Assembly: GCA_041565075.1 (NCBI GenBank)
Contig: JBFGOQ010000004.1
Span: 9,018-73,017, forward strand
DNA from: Gammaproteobacteria bacterium
GTDB taxonomy: Bacteria; Pseudomonadota; Gammaproteobacteria; Steroidobacterales; JABDLF01
Reading direction: 5' to 3'
Length of the DNA stretch: 64,000 nucleotides
The position numbers and the translations under genes were made by a program. Below, in pieces: positions 56,423 to 64,000 of this stretch (position 1 is the stretch's first letter; every line of letters begins with the position of its first letter). The notes below the pieces were generated by a model. The model did no database searches. It was not told the DNA's origin and worked only from the letters and a program-made list of their open reading frames with translations.

Positions 56423-57463
56423 CTAAAACTGGTCCTTGTTCTGTGCTTTCTCTCTGGCCGCATCCCTGGTAATGACATGCTTCGCGAGAAGGTCCTGCAA
56501 GCATTGGTCAAGTGTCTGCATTCCTGAGTCCTGGCCGGTCTGAATCGCCGAGTACATCTGCGCAATCTTGCCCTCGCGAATCAAGTTGCGGATCGCCGGT
56601 GTGCCCATCATGATTTCGTGGGCCGCAACGCGTCCGCCGCCAATCTTCTGCAGCAAGGTCTGGGAGATTACCGCGCGCAGGGATTCTGAAAGCATGGACC
56701 GAACCATTTCCTTTTCGGCAGCCGGAAACACGTCGACCACCCGGTCAATGGTCTTGGCTGCCGAACTCGTGTGCAGCGTACCAAATACCAGGTGGCCGGT
56801 CTCGGCGGCTGTCAGCGCCAGGCGGATGGTTTCGAGGTCGCGCATCTCGCCCACCAGCACAACGTCCGGGTCTTCGCGCAGCGCCGATCGCAGCGCCTCA
56901 TTAAAACCAAGCGTGTCACGATGCACTTCGCGCTGATTGATAAGCGCTTTCTTGTTCACGTGAACAAATTCGATGGGGTCTTCAATCGTGAGAATATGTA
57001 TCGGCTTGCGGTCGTTGATAAAATCTACCATCGCCGCGAGGGTGGTTGATTTACCCGAGCCGGTCGGACCCGTCACCAGCACCAGGCCGCGAGGATGCAG
57101 GGAAATGTCCTTGAAAATGGGTGGCGCCGATAATTCGTCAAGCGTCAGGATCTTCGATGGAATCGTGCGAAATACGGCGCCGGCACCACGGTTCTGATTA
57201 AAAGCATTGACACGAAATCTGGCGAGGTCCGGAATCTCGAAGGAAAAGTCGGTTTCAAGAAACTCCTCGAAGTCCTTGCGCTGCTTGTCGTTCATGATGT
57301 CGTACACCATGCTGTGTACTTCTTTGTGTGACAGGGGCGGCATATTGATCTTCTTGACTTCGCCATCCACGCGAATCATGGGTGGGACGCCGGCCGACAA
57401 GTGAAGATCGGACGCATTGTTTTTGACGCCAAAAGCTAGCAGCTGTGCAATATCGACGGCCAT
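56423..57463 (-). CDS. pilT: Type IV pilus retraction ATPase PilT
   Basis: GPTGSGKS, ALREDPD, GTLHT, AIRNLIRE, GMQT. Confidence 0.96.
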   Translation of the reverse strand: MAVDIAQLLAFGVKNNASDLHLSAGVPPMIRVDGEVKKINMPPLSHKEVHSMVYDIMNDKQRKDFEEFLETDFSFEIPDLARFRVNAFNQNRGAGAVFRTIPSKILTLDELSAPPIFKDISLHPRGLVLVTGPTGSGKSTTLAAMVDFINDRKPIHILTIEDPIEFVHVNKKALINQREVHRDTLGFNEALRSALREDPDVVLVGEMRDLETIRLALTAAETGHLVFGTLHTSSAAKTIDRVVDVFPAAEKEMVRSMLSESLRAVISQTLLQKIGGGRVAAHEIMMGTPAIRNLIREGKIAQMYSAIQTGQDSGMQTLDQCLQDLLAKHVITRDAAREKAQNKDQF

Positions 57464-57573
57464 CGAATTTCCTTTTATGGTCGTGGTCGTGCCGGTTTGC
57501 CCCGGTTGGCAGCATCGCGAGGCGTGCGCCGGCCCGGGTGGACACAGTATAACTGAGGGCAGGCACCCGGAAT

Positions 57574-58257
57574 ATGACAAATATCACAGAAAATCTGCAA
57601 CTTGTGAGGCAGCGCATCGAGCTGGCGGCGGCCGCTGCCGGCCGGGATGCCGGGCAAATCCGCTTGCTTGCGGTAAGCAAAAAGCAGCCGGCGGCGGCCA
57701 TTCGCCAGGCCGTTGGCGCGGGGCAACGTCATTTTGGGGAAAATTACCCGCAGGAAGCGCTGCAAAAGATGCAGGCGCTCACAGACCTTGACGCGCGCTG
57801 GCATTTTATTGGCCGCCTGCAATCAAATAAAACGGGCACGGTGGCCCGGAACTTCCATTGGCTGCATTCCCTTTCGCGATCCAGCATCGCCCGGCGGCTG
57901 AGCGAGCAGCGACCGTCCGGGCTGCGTGCTCTGCAAGTGTGCATCCAGGTCCGGATCGGTGAAGAATCCAGCAAAGCCGGCGTGGACCCCGATCAGGTCG
58001 CCGAGCTGGCAGATACCATAGTCCGATTGCCCGGTCTCGAACTGCGCGGGCTTATGTGCCTGCCGCCCTATACCGAGAATGTCAGTGAGCAGAGAAAAAA
58101 TTTCGCCAGCCTCAGGTCGTGCTTTGCCAAACTGCGTGACCAGGGGTATGAGATAGACACCCTGTCCATGGGCATGAGCGGTGATCTCGAGGCCGCCATT
58201 GCCGAAGGTGCGACCTGCGTGCGGGTTGGAACCGCCATTTTCGGGCCACGGATCTGA
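57574..58257 (+). CDS. yggS: PLP homeostasis protein YggS
   Basis: LAVSK, FGENY.QE, HFIGRLQSNK, GLMC, LSMGMSGD, VRVGTAIFG. Confidence 0.94.
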   Translation: MTNITENLQLVRQRIELAAAAAGRDAGQIRLLAVSKKQPAAAIRQAVGAGQRHFGENYPQEALQKMQALTDLDARWHFIGRLQSNKTGTVARNFHWLHSLSRSSIARRLSEQRPSGLRALQVCIQVRIGEESSKAGVDPDQVAELADTIVRLPGLELRGLMCLPPYTENVSEQRKNFASLRSCFAKLRDQGYEIDTLSMGMSGDLEAAIAEGATCVRVGTAIFGPRI

Positions 58258-58321
58258 GCTCGATTCTGGCCGGCCGGCCGGCACGCCGGTATCCTTGCCC
58301 CGGGATGTGGAGGAATCAGCC

Positions 58322-59149
58322 ATGTATGAACAAAACATCAGTTTTATCGGTGGCGGCAACATGGCGCACAGCTTGATCGGTGGCCTGATTGCTGATGAAT
58401 TTCCTCGCCAGCGCTTGACCGCCGCTGACCCTGACAAGAGCAGGCGCGATGAATTATCCGGCCATTTCGGTATTCGATGCGTCGCCTCGAACGCCGAGGC
58501 CGCTCACGGTGCCGACGTCCTGGTCCTGGCCGTCAAACCACAGCTCATGTCACGGGTGACGAAAGATGTCTCTGAGCAGGTCGCGAAAAGCCGGGCCCTC
58601 CTCATTTCTATTGCTGCCGGCATCAGAGTTCAGGACATCGCCCGCTGGGCGGGCGGCAACCCGGCAATTGTCCGCGTCATGCCGAATACGCCGGCGCTGC
58701 TTGGCTGTGGGGCCTCGGCATTGTTTGCCAACCCTTCGACATCAGCGGCCCAGCGCGAGACGGCCGAGGCAATCTTGCGGGCTGTGGGAGTAACAGTCTG
58801 GCTGGATAAAGAACAACAGCTCGACCCGGTCACGGCGGTTTCGGGCAGCGGGCCCGCATACTTCTTCCTGCTGATGGAGCTGATCGAGAAACAGGCCGTG
58901 CAACTCGGCCTGAGCGAAGACACCGCCCGCATCCTCACGCTGCAGACCGCATTGGGCGCCGCACGCATGGCCCTGGAAAGCGAGGAACCAGTCGGTGAGC
59001 TGCGCAATCGCGTGACATCTCCCGGCGGTACCACCGAGGCGGCTTTGAAAGTCATGGCCTCCCCGGCGTTCGCTGAAATCGTCGCAGCCGCTGTCACCGC
59101 CGCCTGCGAGCGGGCCGGCGAACTGGCGGAAGCTTTCGGCAAAGAATAG
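58322..59149 (+). CDS. proC: Pyrroline-5-carboxylate reductase
   Basis: IGGGNM, AVKP, RVMPNTP, SGSGPAY, VTSPGGTT. Confidence 0.95.
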   Translation: MYEQNISFIGGGNMAHSLIGGLIADEFPRQRLTAADPDKSRRDELSGHFGIRCVASNAEAAHGADVLVLAVKPQLMSRVTKDVSEQVAKSRALLISIAAGIRVQDIARWAGGNPAIVRVMPNTPALLGCGASALFANPSTSAAQRETAEAILRAVGVTVWLDKEQQLDPVTAVSGSGPAYFFLLMELIEKQAVQLGLSEDTARILTLQTALGAARMALESEEPVGELRNRVTSPGGTTEAALKVMASPAFAEIVAAAVTAACERAGELAEAFGKE

Positions 59150-59193
59150 ACTCCGAGCCGCGCTGTTTAACCCTTTATTCTGCCGGAACGAGC

Positions 59194-59742
59194 ATGCGAG
59201 CCGTTATTTTCATCGTCAAGACATTTATCGACCTGTACATACTGGCCTATGTATTGAGGCTGATTCTGCAATGGGCGCGGGCCGATTTTTACAACCCGTT
59301 TTCCCAGTTCATCGTGCGGGTAACCAATCCACTGGTAATTCCCGGTCGGCGGCTGTTGCCCGCCATCGGCAGACTGGATACCGCGACGTTGCTCGCCATT
59401 TTTCTGCTCGAACTGGCGGCAATCCTGGTATTGCGCTGGCTGGACGCCGGTACCTTTGCCTTGCCAATTCAGTACCTGGCCCTGTGGGGGGCAATGCGCA
59501 CCGTGGTCGCCTTTATCAACCTGTTCTTTTTTGCGATTCTGATAAGGGTCATTCTGAGCTGGGTAAATCCCGGCATCCATAGTCCGGTCACCGCTGTAAT
59601 CTGGTCCATAACCGAACCCCTCATGGCCCCCGTACGGCGGCTGATCCCGGCCATTGGCGGGTTGGATATTTCCCCTATTTTCCTCCTTATCGGCCTGCAG
59701 GCCCTGCGCATGCTGATCAGCCTGCCTGGTTTCTTGGTGTGA
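59194..59742 (+). CDS. yggT: YggT family membrane protein
   Basis: ADFYNPFSQ...TNP, ILSWV, TEP...P.RR.IP..GGLDISP. Confidence 0.92.
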   Translation: MRAVIFIVKTFIDLYILAYVLRLILQWARADFYNPFSQFIVRVTNPLVIPGRRLLPAIGRLDTATLLAIFLLELAAILVLRWLDAGTFALPIQYLALWGAMRTVVAFINLFFFAILIRVILSWVNPGIHSPVTAVIWSITEPLMAPVRRLIPAIGGLDISPIFLLIGLQALRMLISLPGFLV

Positions 59743-60059
59743 GCGAGACGCCTCGTTTCAAAGTAGGAAGTAATGAGGTGGGTATCCGTGTGTACGTGCA
59801 GCCGCGTACCATGTCCAGCGGCATCACGGTGCAGACTGAAAGGCGACTGCAACCGGCTTATACCGCCATACCGGCAGACAGCATGGCCAATCCTCAGGCA
59901 GCGGAAGCGTTGGCAGGAATCTTTGTTGTGCAGCAATCCGGCGTGCGATTGCGCAAAGGTCCGGCCGCTCGCGACCAAGCCGCTGTCATCCGCTGCCCGG
60001 GAGGGCGATGCAATTCGGGGGACCCGGGATCATTGCTCGCCTGCGTAGCTGGACTATAG
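59739..60059 (+). CDS. Divergent (possibly decaying) DUF167/YggU protein
   Basis: VYVQPR...TAIPADSMAN...KGPAAR is colinear with YggU, at the usual position after yggT (GTGA overlap), but several conserved residues are changed. Confidence 0.55.
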   Translation: MSETPRFKVGSNEVGIRVYVQPRTMSSGITVQTERRLQPAYTAIPADSMANPQAAEALAGIFVVQQSGVRLRKGPAARDQAAVIRCPGGRCNSGDPGSLLACVAGL

Positions 60060-60091
60060 TAAGAGAGAAATAAGTAAGGAGCCCGCTCGTT

Positions 60092-60598
60092 ATGTACCAA
60101 CAATATTTTGCGCGCAAGCTTGCTGGCGTCGCTGCAGTGGCACTGCTGACCGCTTGTGGTGAAGCTGACCGCCAGGTGGACCCACAACTCGCCGAGGAGC
60201 CGCCAAGCCAGGTCAGTCACCGTGACTTCGGCAAATATCGCATCCATTTCAATGCCTTGAGTACAGACAGCCTCGCACCCCAGGTCGCCAAGGCCTACGG
60301 CATCGTGCGCAGCAAGAGCAGGGCCATGCTTAATGTGAGCATCATTCGCAAAGAAGAAGGTATCGGTTCGCCGGTCAAAGGCAGCGTGTCGGTCAATGCG
60401 ACCAATCTCACCGGCCAGCTCAAGGTCATCAAGCTGCGAGAAATTGTCGAGGGCGAAGGCGCCAGCGCGGCCATTTATTACATTGGCGAGTTAGCGGTCG
60501 CGGATGGTGAGACTCTGATATTCGACATATCAGTTGCGCCCGAAGGAGAAACCTCGAGTTACAAGGTTCGTTTCCAGAAACAGTTCTTTACGAGTTGA
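60092..60598 (+). CDS. DUF4426-family lipoprotein
   Basis: LTAC lipobox; IHFNA..T..L.P.VA.AYGI.RS..RA.LNVS, NLTGQ, AIYYI. Confidence 0.85.
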   Translation: MYQQYFARKLAGVAAVALLTACGEADRQVDPQLAEEPPSQVSHRDFGKYRIHFNALSTDSLAPQVAKAYGIVRSKSRAMLNVSIIRKEEGIGSPVKGSVSVNATNLTGQLKVIKLREIVEGEGASAAIYYIGELAVADGETLIFDISVAPEGETSSYKVRFQKQFFTS

Positions 60599-60732
60599 GC
60601 TGATAAATCCGGCAAAAACCCTGTTTTTTTGCTGTTTCGGGCTTACATTGCCAAATTGGTTGTGCTATTTTGCGCCCGAAATTTGCAGGGTTAAGCCCAC
60701 TTTCCAAAGCCTGAAATCCAAGGAGAATTTAA

Positions 60733-61059
60733 ATGGCAGCATCAAAAAAGGCCGCCGCCAAGCCGCCTACCAAGAGTCAGATTCTGAGCCACATCGCTGA
60801 CGACACGGGCCTCACCCGTAAGGATGTATCGGCTGTATTTGATTCGCTCGGCGGTTTGATCAAGAAGAACATCGGCCGTCGCGGCCCTGGTGTATTTACG
60901 ATTCCCGGCCTGATGAAGATCAAGGTGAATAAGAAGCCCGCCACCAAGGCACGTATGGGCACCAACCCGTTCACCGGTGAAGAGATGATGTTCAAAGCAA
61001 AGCCAGCCCGTCGCGTGGTCAAGGTCTTGCCGCTGAAGAACCTCAAAGAAATGGCCTGA
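60733..61059 (+). CDS. HU-like DNA-binding protein
   Basis: TKSQI...IA..TGL.RK.V, IPGL.K, R.G.NPFTGE, KPA; SD AAGGAG. Confidence 0.9.
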   Translation: MAASKKAAAKPPTKSQILSHIADDTGLTRKDVSAVFDSLGGLIKKNIGRRGPGVFTIPGLMKIKVNKKPATKARMGTNPFTGEEMMFKAKPARRVVKVLPLKNLKEMA

Positions 61060-61087
61060 TTCGATTTACGGATGTTTCGACTGCAAG

Positions 61088-61116
61088 ACGCCCGGCCCTG
61101 CGCCGGGCGTTTTTTT
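61088..61116 (+). terminator. Rho-independent terminator after the HU-like gene
   Basis: ACGCCCGGC-CCTGC-GCCGGGCGT stem-loop followed by a T run. Confidence 0.85.
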
Positions 61117-61121
61117 GTGGG

Positions 61122-61571
61122 CTAAATTTCCAGTCGAGCCTGCACTTTGTGCTTGAGTCTGATCAGTTCGCCATGCGGCACATAAAGTAACTCCGCTACT
61201 TTGCGCACCAGGTAGTCTTCATATTTGTCCAGTGAATCGTCGGCCAGTGCCACCTCCCACAGCATTTCGACCACCCTGGCTTTTTCCTGCTCATTCAGCT
61301 GTTCATGCAAGGCGCGCGTGTAGTCATGCAACGACACCGAATTATCGGCCTCTTTGGCAGCGTCTTCTGCCAGCGTTTCGCTTTGCGGCGCATCAAGGTC
61401 AAAATGGCGCGCCAGTAATTTTTCAACCGCCTCGGACTCTTCCTGTCGCTCGTCAAAATCCGCGCGCATCATTTCAACCAGCAGGACCGCGGTTGCAAGT
61501 CTGATTTGCGCCTGCCGATCCGCCGCTTGTTCCGGCCGGCCCGCCAAAAGCCTGTCAAACAGGCGCCGCAT
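61122..61571 (-). CDS. TerB-family protein
   Basis: ATAVLLVEMMRAD...E, SLHDYT, LWEVALAD..LDKYE...RK.A.LLYV.H. Confidence 0.85.
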   Translation of the reverse strand: MRRLFDRLLAGRPEQAADRQAQIRLATAVLLVEMMRADFDERQEESEAVEKLLARHFDLDAPQSETLAEDAAKEADNSVSLHDYTRALHEQLNEQEKARVVEMLWEVALADDSLDKYEDYLVRKVAELLYVPHGELIRLKHKVQARLEI

Positions 61572-62214
61572 TCGCGGATCCCGGAGAAAGATTTTGCACA
61601 AGCGTATCGCGCAGCAGGGATTGCGCGCCGTGAAAAAAATGATCCTCGTCTGGCAATACGACGAGTTCCGGCCCGGGTTGCAGCGAATTGACCCATTCAA
61701 TTACCGCATCGCAGTCGACCAGCTCATCGGCAGAACCATGTACGATCAGCCATGGGCACTGCGGCTGCGTTTCCTCGGTAATGGCGAAACGGCGCACCGG
61801 CGGCGCCACCGTTATCAGCTGTGCGCATTCTCGGCGGGCTGCCGTGCGCACGGCAATCCAGGCTCCAAAAGAGAAACCGGCCAGCCACAAGGCCTGCCCA
61901 CCGAGCTGCTCACGCGCCCAGTCCACCACAGCAACGGCATCGTCCGTTTCACCGCGACCTTCATCATGGCTGCCTTGCGTGAGGCCAACTCCGCGAAAAT
62001 TAAAACGCACCGTACTGATGCCCAGTCGGTGCAGGGCGCGGCTAATCGTGTGCACAACTTTGTTGTCCATGCTGCCGCCATACAGCGGATGCGGGTGACA
62101 GATAACGCCGAAAGTTTCGCCAATACCATTGGAAACTTCCTCTACCAGGCACTCGATCGTGCCTGCCTGCCCGTCGATCTGCGTTCTTCGGCCTTGGTCT
62201 GCTCTCAGGATCAT
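61555..62214 (-). CDS. Alpha/beta-fold hydrolase
   Basis: CHPHP..GG.M.NKVV, RFNFRGVG, GFSFG (nucleophile), D and H of the triad (DELV, HFF). Confidence 0.9.
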   Translation of the reverse strand: MILRADQGRRTQIDGQAGTIECLVEEVSNGIGETFGVICHPHPLYGGSMDNKVVHTISRALHRLGISTVRFNFRGVGLTQGSHDEGRGETDDAVAVVDWAREQLGGQALWLAGFSFGAWIAVRTAARRECAQLITVAPPVRRFAITEETQPQCPWLIVHGSADELVDCDAVIEWVNSLQPGPELVVLPDEDHFFHGAQSLLRDTLVQNLSPGSANAAPV

Positions 62215-64000
62215 GCCGGTGCCGGTGAAGTTTCCCCACCGGATTCGTCGGCGTCAGTATCCTGTTCAGCCTTCTCGGCTGGTCGTTCCGGACCGAAATA
62301 AACCAGCGTATCGCCCGCCACAGGTTCGAGCTGGGACTGCGGAGATATGAAACGCACCGCCCCGTCGCCGTTCAGCACCAGGATCTGCTGCGCATCAGCC
62401 GCCACATCACCGAGAAAATCGCTATACGAATAGCTGTCGGTAAGACGTGTCTTGTAAAATACCCAGCCGCGCGCCTGACTGCGCCAAAGCCGCTCGTAAA
62501 GGGCTTCATTGCTGATCGCAATCTTGCCGCGCAGAGACCGGGCCACGCCGCGGGGGTCGTCCTCGTTGGCGGCACCCATTGGCAATTGGTAGACGTTTTG
62601 CCGGCCGAGTTCCGGCGCCAGCGCAGTACAAACGAGGGCGTTATAAGCATCGTTGCTGGTTGCCGCCAACAAGGTACCAATATGTGCGGTTTCCACCGAT
62701 TCGTCGGCGAAGTCCGAAAGTATCTCACCATAGAAAACTGGCAGGCCTGCCAGCCTGGCCTGGCGGAGGTTGTGCCAGGAACTGTCCACCACCAGCACGG
62801 GCACTTCCAGTTCCTTGAGTGCTCGCGCAAGGTCGGTTGTCCAGGGCGAGGCGCCCACCAGCAATACGCCGTTTCGCTGCCTCGCCGCCAGCCCCAGCTT
62901 GCGGCCGAACCAGCCAATACTCAGCCCATGCAGCAGAACGGTCGCAAATATGACGGCAAACACCAGCGGTAAAAGCGAGTCTGCGCCGGCAAACCCTTCG
63001 TCGGCCAGCCGCGGACCGAATACACCTGCCGTCGCCGCGGCGACAATCCCGCGTGGTGCAATCCATGAAAGCAAAATGCGGTCTTCCATCAGCATTTTTG
63101 AGCCGATGGTCGCAAGCATGATCGTGGCAGGACGCACCAGGAACAAGATGGCGGCCACCAGGGCCGCGCCGTGCCAGTCGATCGAGCGGATGACTTCGAT
63201 ATCGAGGTCGGCAGTCAGCAACACGAACACGACGGATACCAGCATGACGGTAATGTATTCCTTGAAACGTTTCATGTCCTGGATACCGGCCAGGTTCATG
63301 TTGCCGATCACGATACCCATAATGGTTACCGCAAGCAGCCCGGCCTCATGCTGCAAGGCATTGGACAGGGTGTAGACCACCAGAACCAGGCCAAGCATGA
63401 CCGGCGATTTCAGATACTCGGGAACCATGCCTTTATGAAATGCTTTGCCAGCGAGGTATCCGCCACCGACCCCCAGCAACAAACCTGATGCGAGTGCCTT
63501 GCCAATACCCGCCAGTACCACTTCCCATCCGGAACCTGCCTGGGCGAACAGGAAAAACTGGAAGACCAGGACTGCCAGCAGCGCGCCGATGGGATCGTTA
63601 ATGATTCCTTCCCACTTGAAGTAAGACGCCGTGCGCCGATTGAGCGCTGCCTGACGAAGCAGAGGCATGATCACCGTCGGCCCGGTCACCACCATGATCG
63701 CACCAAAAAGCAAAGACACCGGCCAGCTCAGATCGCCGATGTAATGTGCTGCCAGGCTCCCGAACCCCCAGGCTAGAGGCGCACCTGCGTAAACCAGCCG
63801 GCGCACGCCAACCGCCGCTTCCTTCAACTCGTGAAAATGCAGATTCAGGCCACCCTCGAAAAGAATGATTGCCACACACAGGCTGACGATCGGCCGCAGC
63901 GCATGGCCAAATGTGCCACTGGGGTCCAGATGGAACAGCCCCAGGCTCGCAGCGACTGGTCCTGCCAGAATTCCGGCGCTGGCAAACAGCACGATTGCAG
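62211..64000 (-). CDS. CPA1/NhaP-type cation:proton antiporter with C-terminal RCK-like domain; start lies beyond the window
   Basis: ILFEGGL, VTGPTV, WEGIINDPIG, APRGIVAAA, C-terminal LVGA...VD...GEIL. Confidence 0.88.
   Translation of the reverse strand, partial: AIVLFASAGILAGPVAASLGLFHLDPSGTFGHALRPIVSLCVAIILFEGGLNLHFHELKEAAVGVRRLVYAGAPLAWGFGSLAAHYIGDLSWPVSLLFGAIMVVTGPTVIMPLLRQAALNRRTASYFKWEGIINDPIGALLAVLVFQFFLFAQAGSGWEVVLAGIGKALASGLLLGVGGGYLAGKAFHKGMVPEYLKSPVMLGLVLVVYTLSNALQHEAGLLAVTIMGIVIGNMNLAGIQDMKRFKEYITVMLVSVVFVLLTADLDIEVIRSIDWHGAALVAAILFLVRPATIMLATIGSKMLMEDRILLSWIAPRGIVAAATAGVFGPRLADEGFAGADSLLPLVFAVIFATVLLHGLSIGWFGRKLGLAARQRNGVLLVGASPWTTDLARALKELEVPVLVVDSSWHNLRQARLAGLPVFYGEILSDFADESVETAHIGTLLAATSNDAYNALVCTALAPELGRQNVYQLPMGAANEDDPRGVARSLRGKIAISNEALYERLWRSQARGWVFYKTRLTDSYSYSDFLGDVAADAQQILVLNGDGAVRFISPQSQLEPVAGDTLVYFGPERPAEKAEQDTDADESGGETSPAPA

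Noticed and set aside
61122-61571. TerB gene as a tellurite-resistance or defence island marker
   Set aside because: Solitary TerB-like gene without other ter genes, among housekeeping genes.
1-64000. CRISPR arrays, tRNA/rRNA, IS elements, integrases, prophage, tandem repeats
   Set aside because: None recognised by eye, and no clear compositional island. Short or degenerate elements could have been missed without computational scans.

Overview
Gene-dense, GC-rich chromosomal segment. Gene order (pilGHIJ-chpA, gshB-tonB-yqgE-yqgF-pyrB, pilT/U-yggS-proC-yggT) points to a Gammaproteobacterium; finer taxonomy cannot be fixed from the sequence alone. About 67 CDSs, a cobalamin riboswitch ahead of btuB, a Fur-like box, a sigma32-like promoter and intrinsic terminators. 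I found no rRNA, tRNA, CRISPR array, transposase, integrase or prophage gene. Most genes are housekeeping, but the signalling content is unusual. (1) A REC-EAL / membrane-anchored dead GGDEF with intact I-site / bactofilin operon. (2) A stand-alone 82-aa protein with a Cle-type YxGPxRR motif and [DE]RR repeats, a candidate c-di-GMP binder. (3) A receiver-TM-OmpA-like protein coupled to pepN. (4) A Pil-Chp cluster whose PilJ lacks the periplasmic sensor domain and which has no pilK or chpB, plus three tandem PilT-family ATPases. (5) A degenerate Schlafen/AlbA_2 protein with a possible Ig-like C-terminus inside a housekeeping gene run. All family calls come from motif recognition by eye, not database searches. 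Many start codons were moved from the ORF track to the likelier ATG/GTG.
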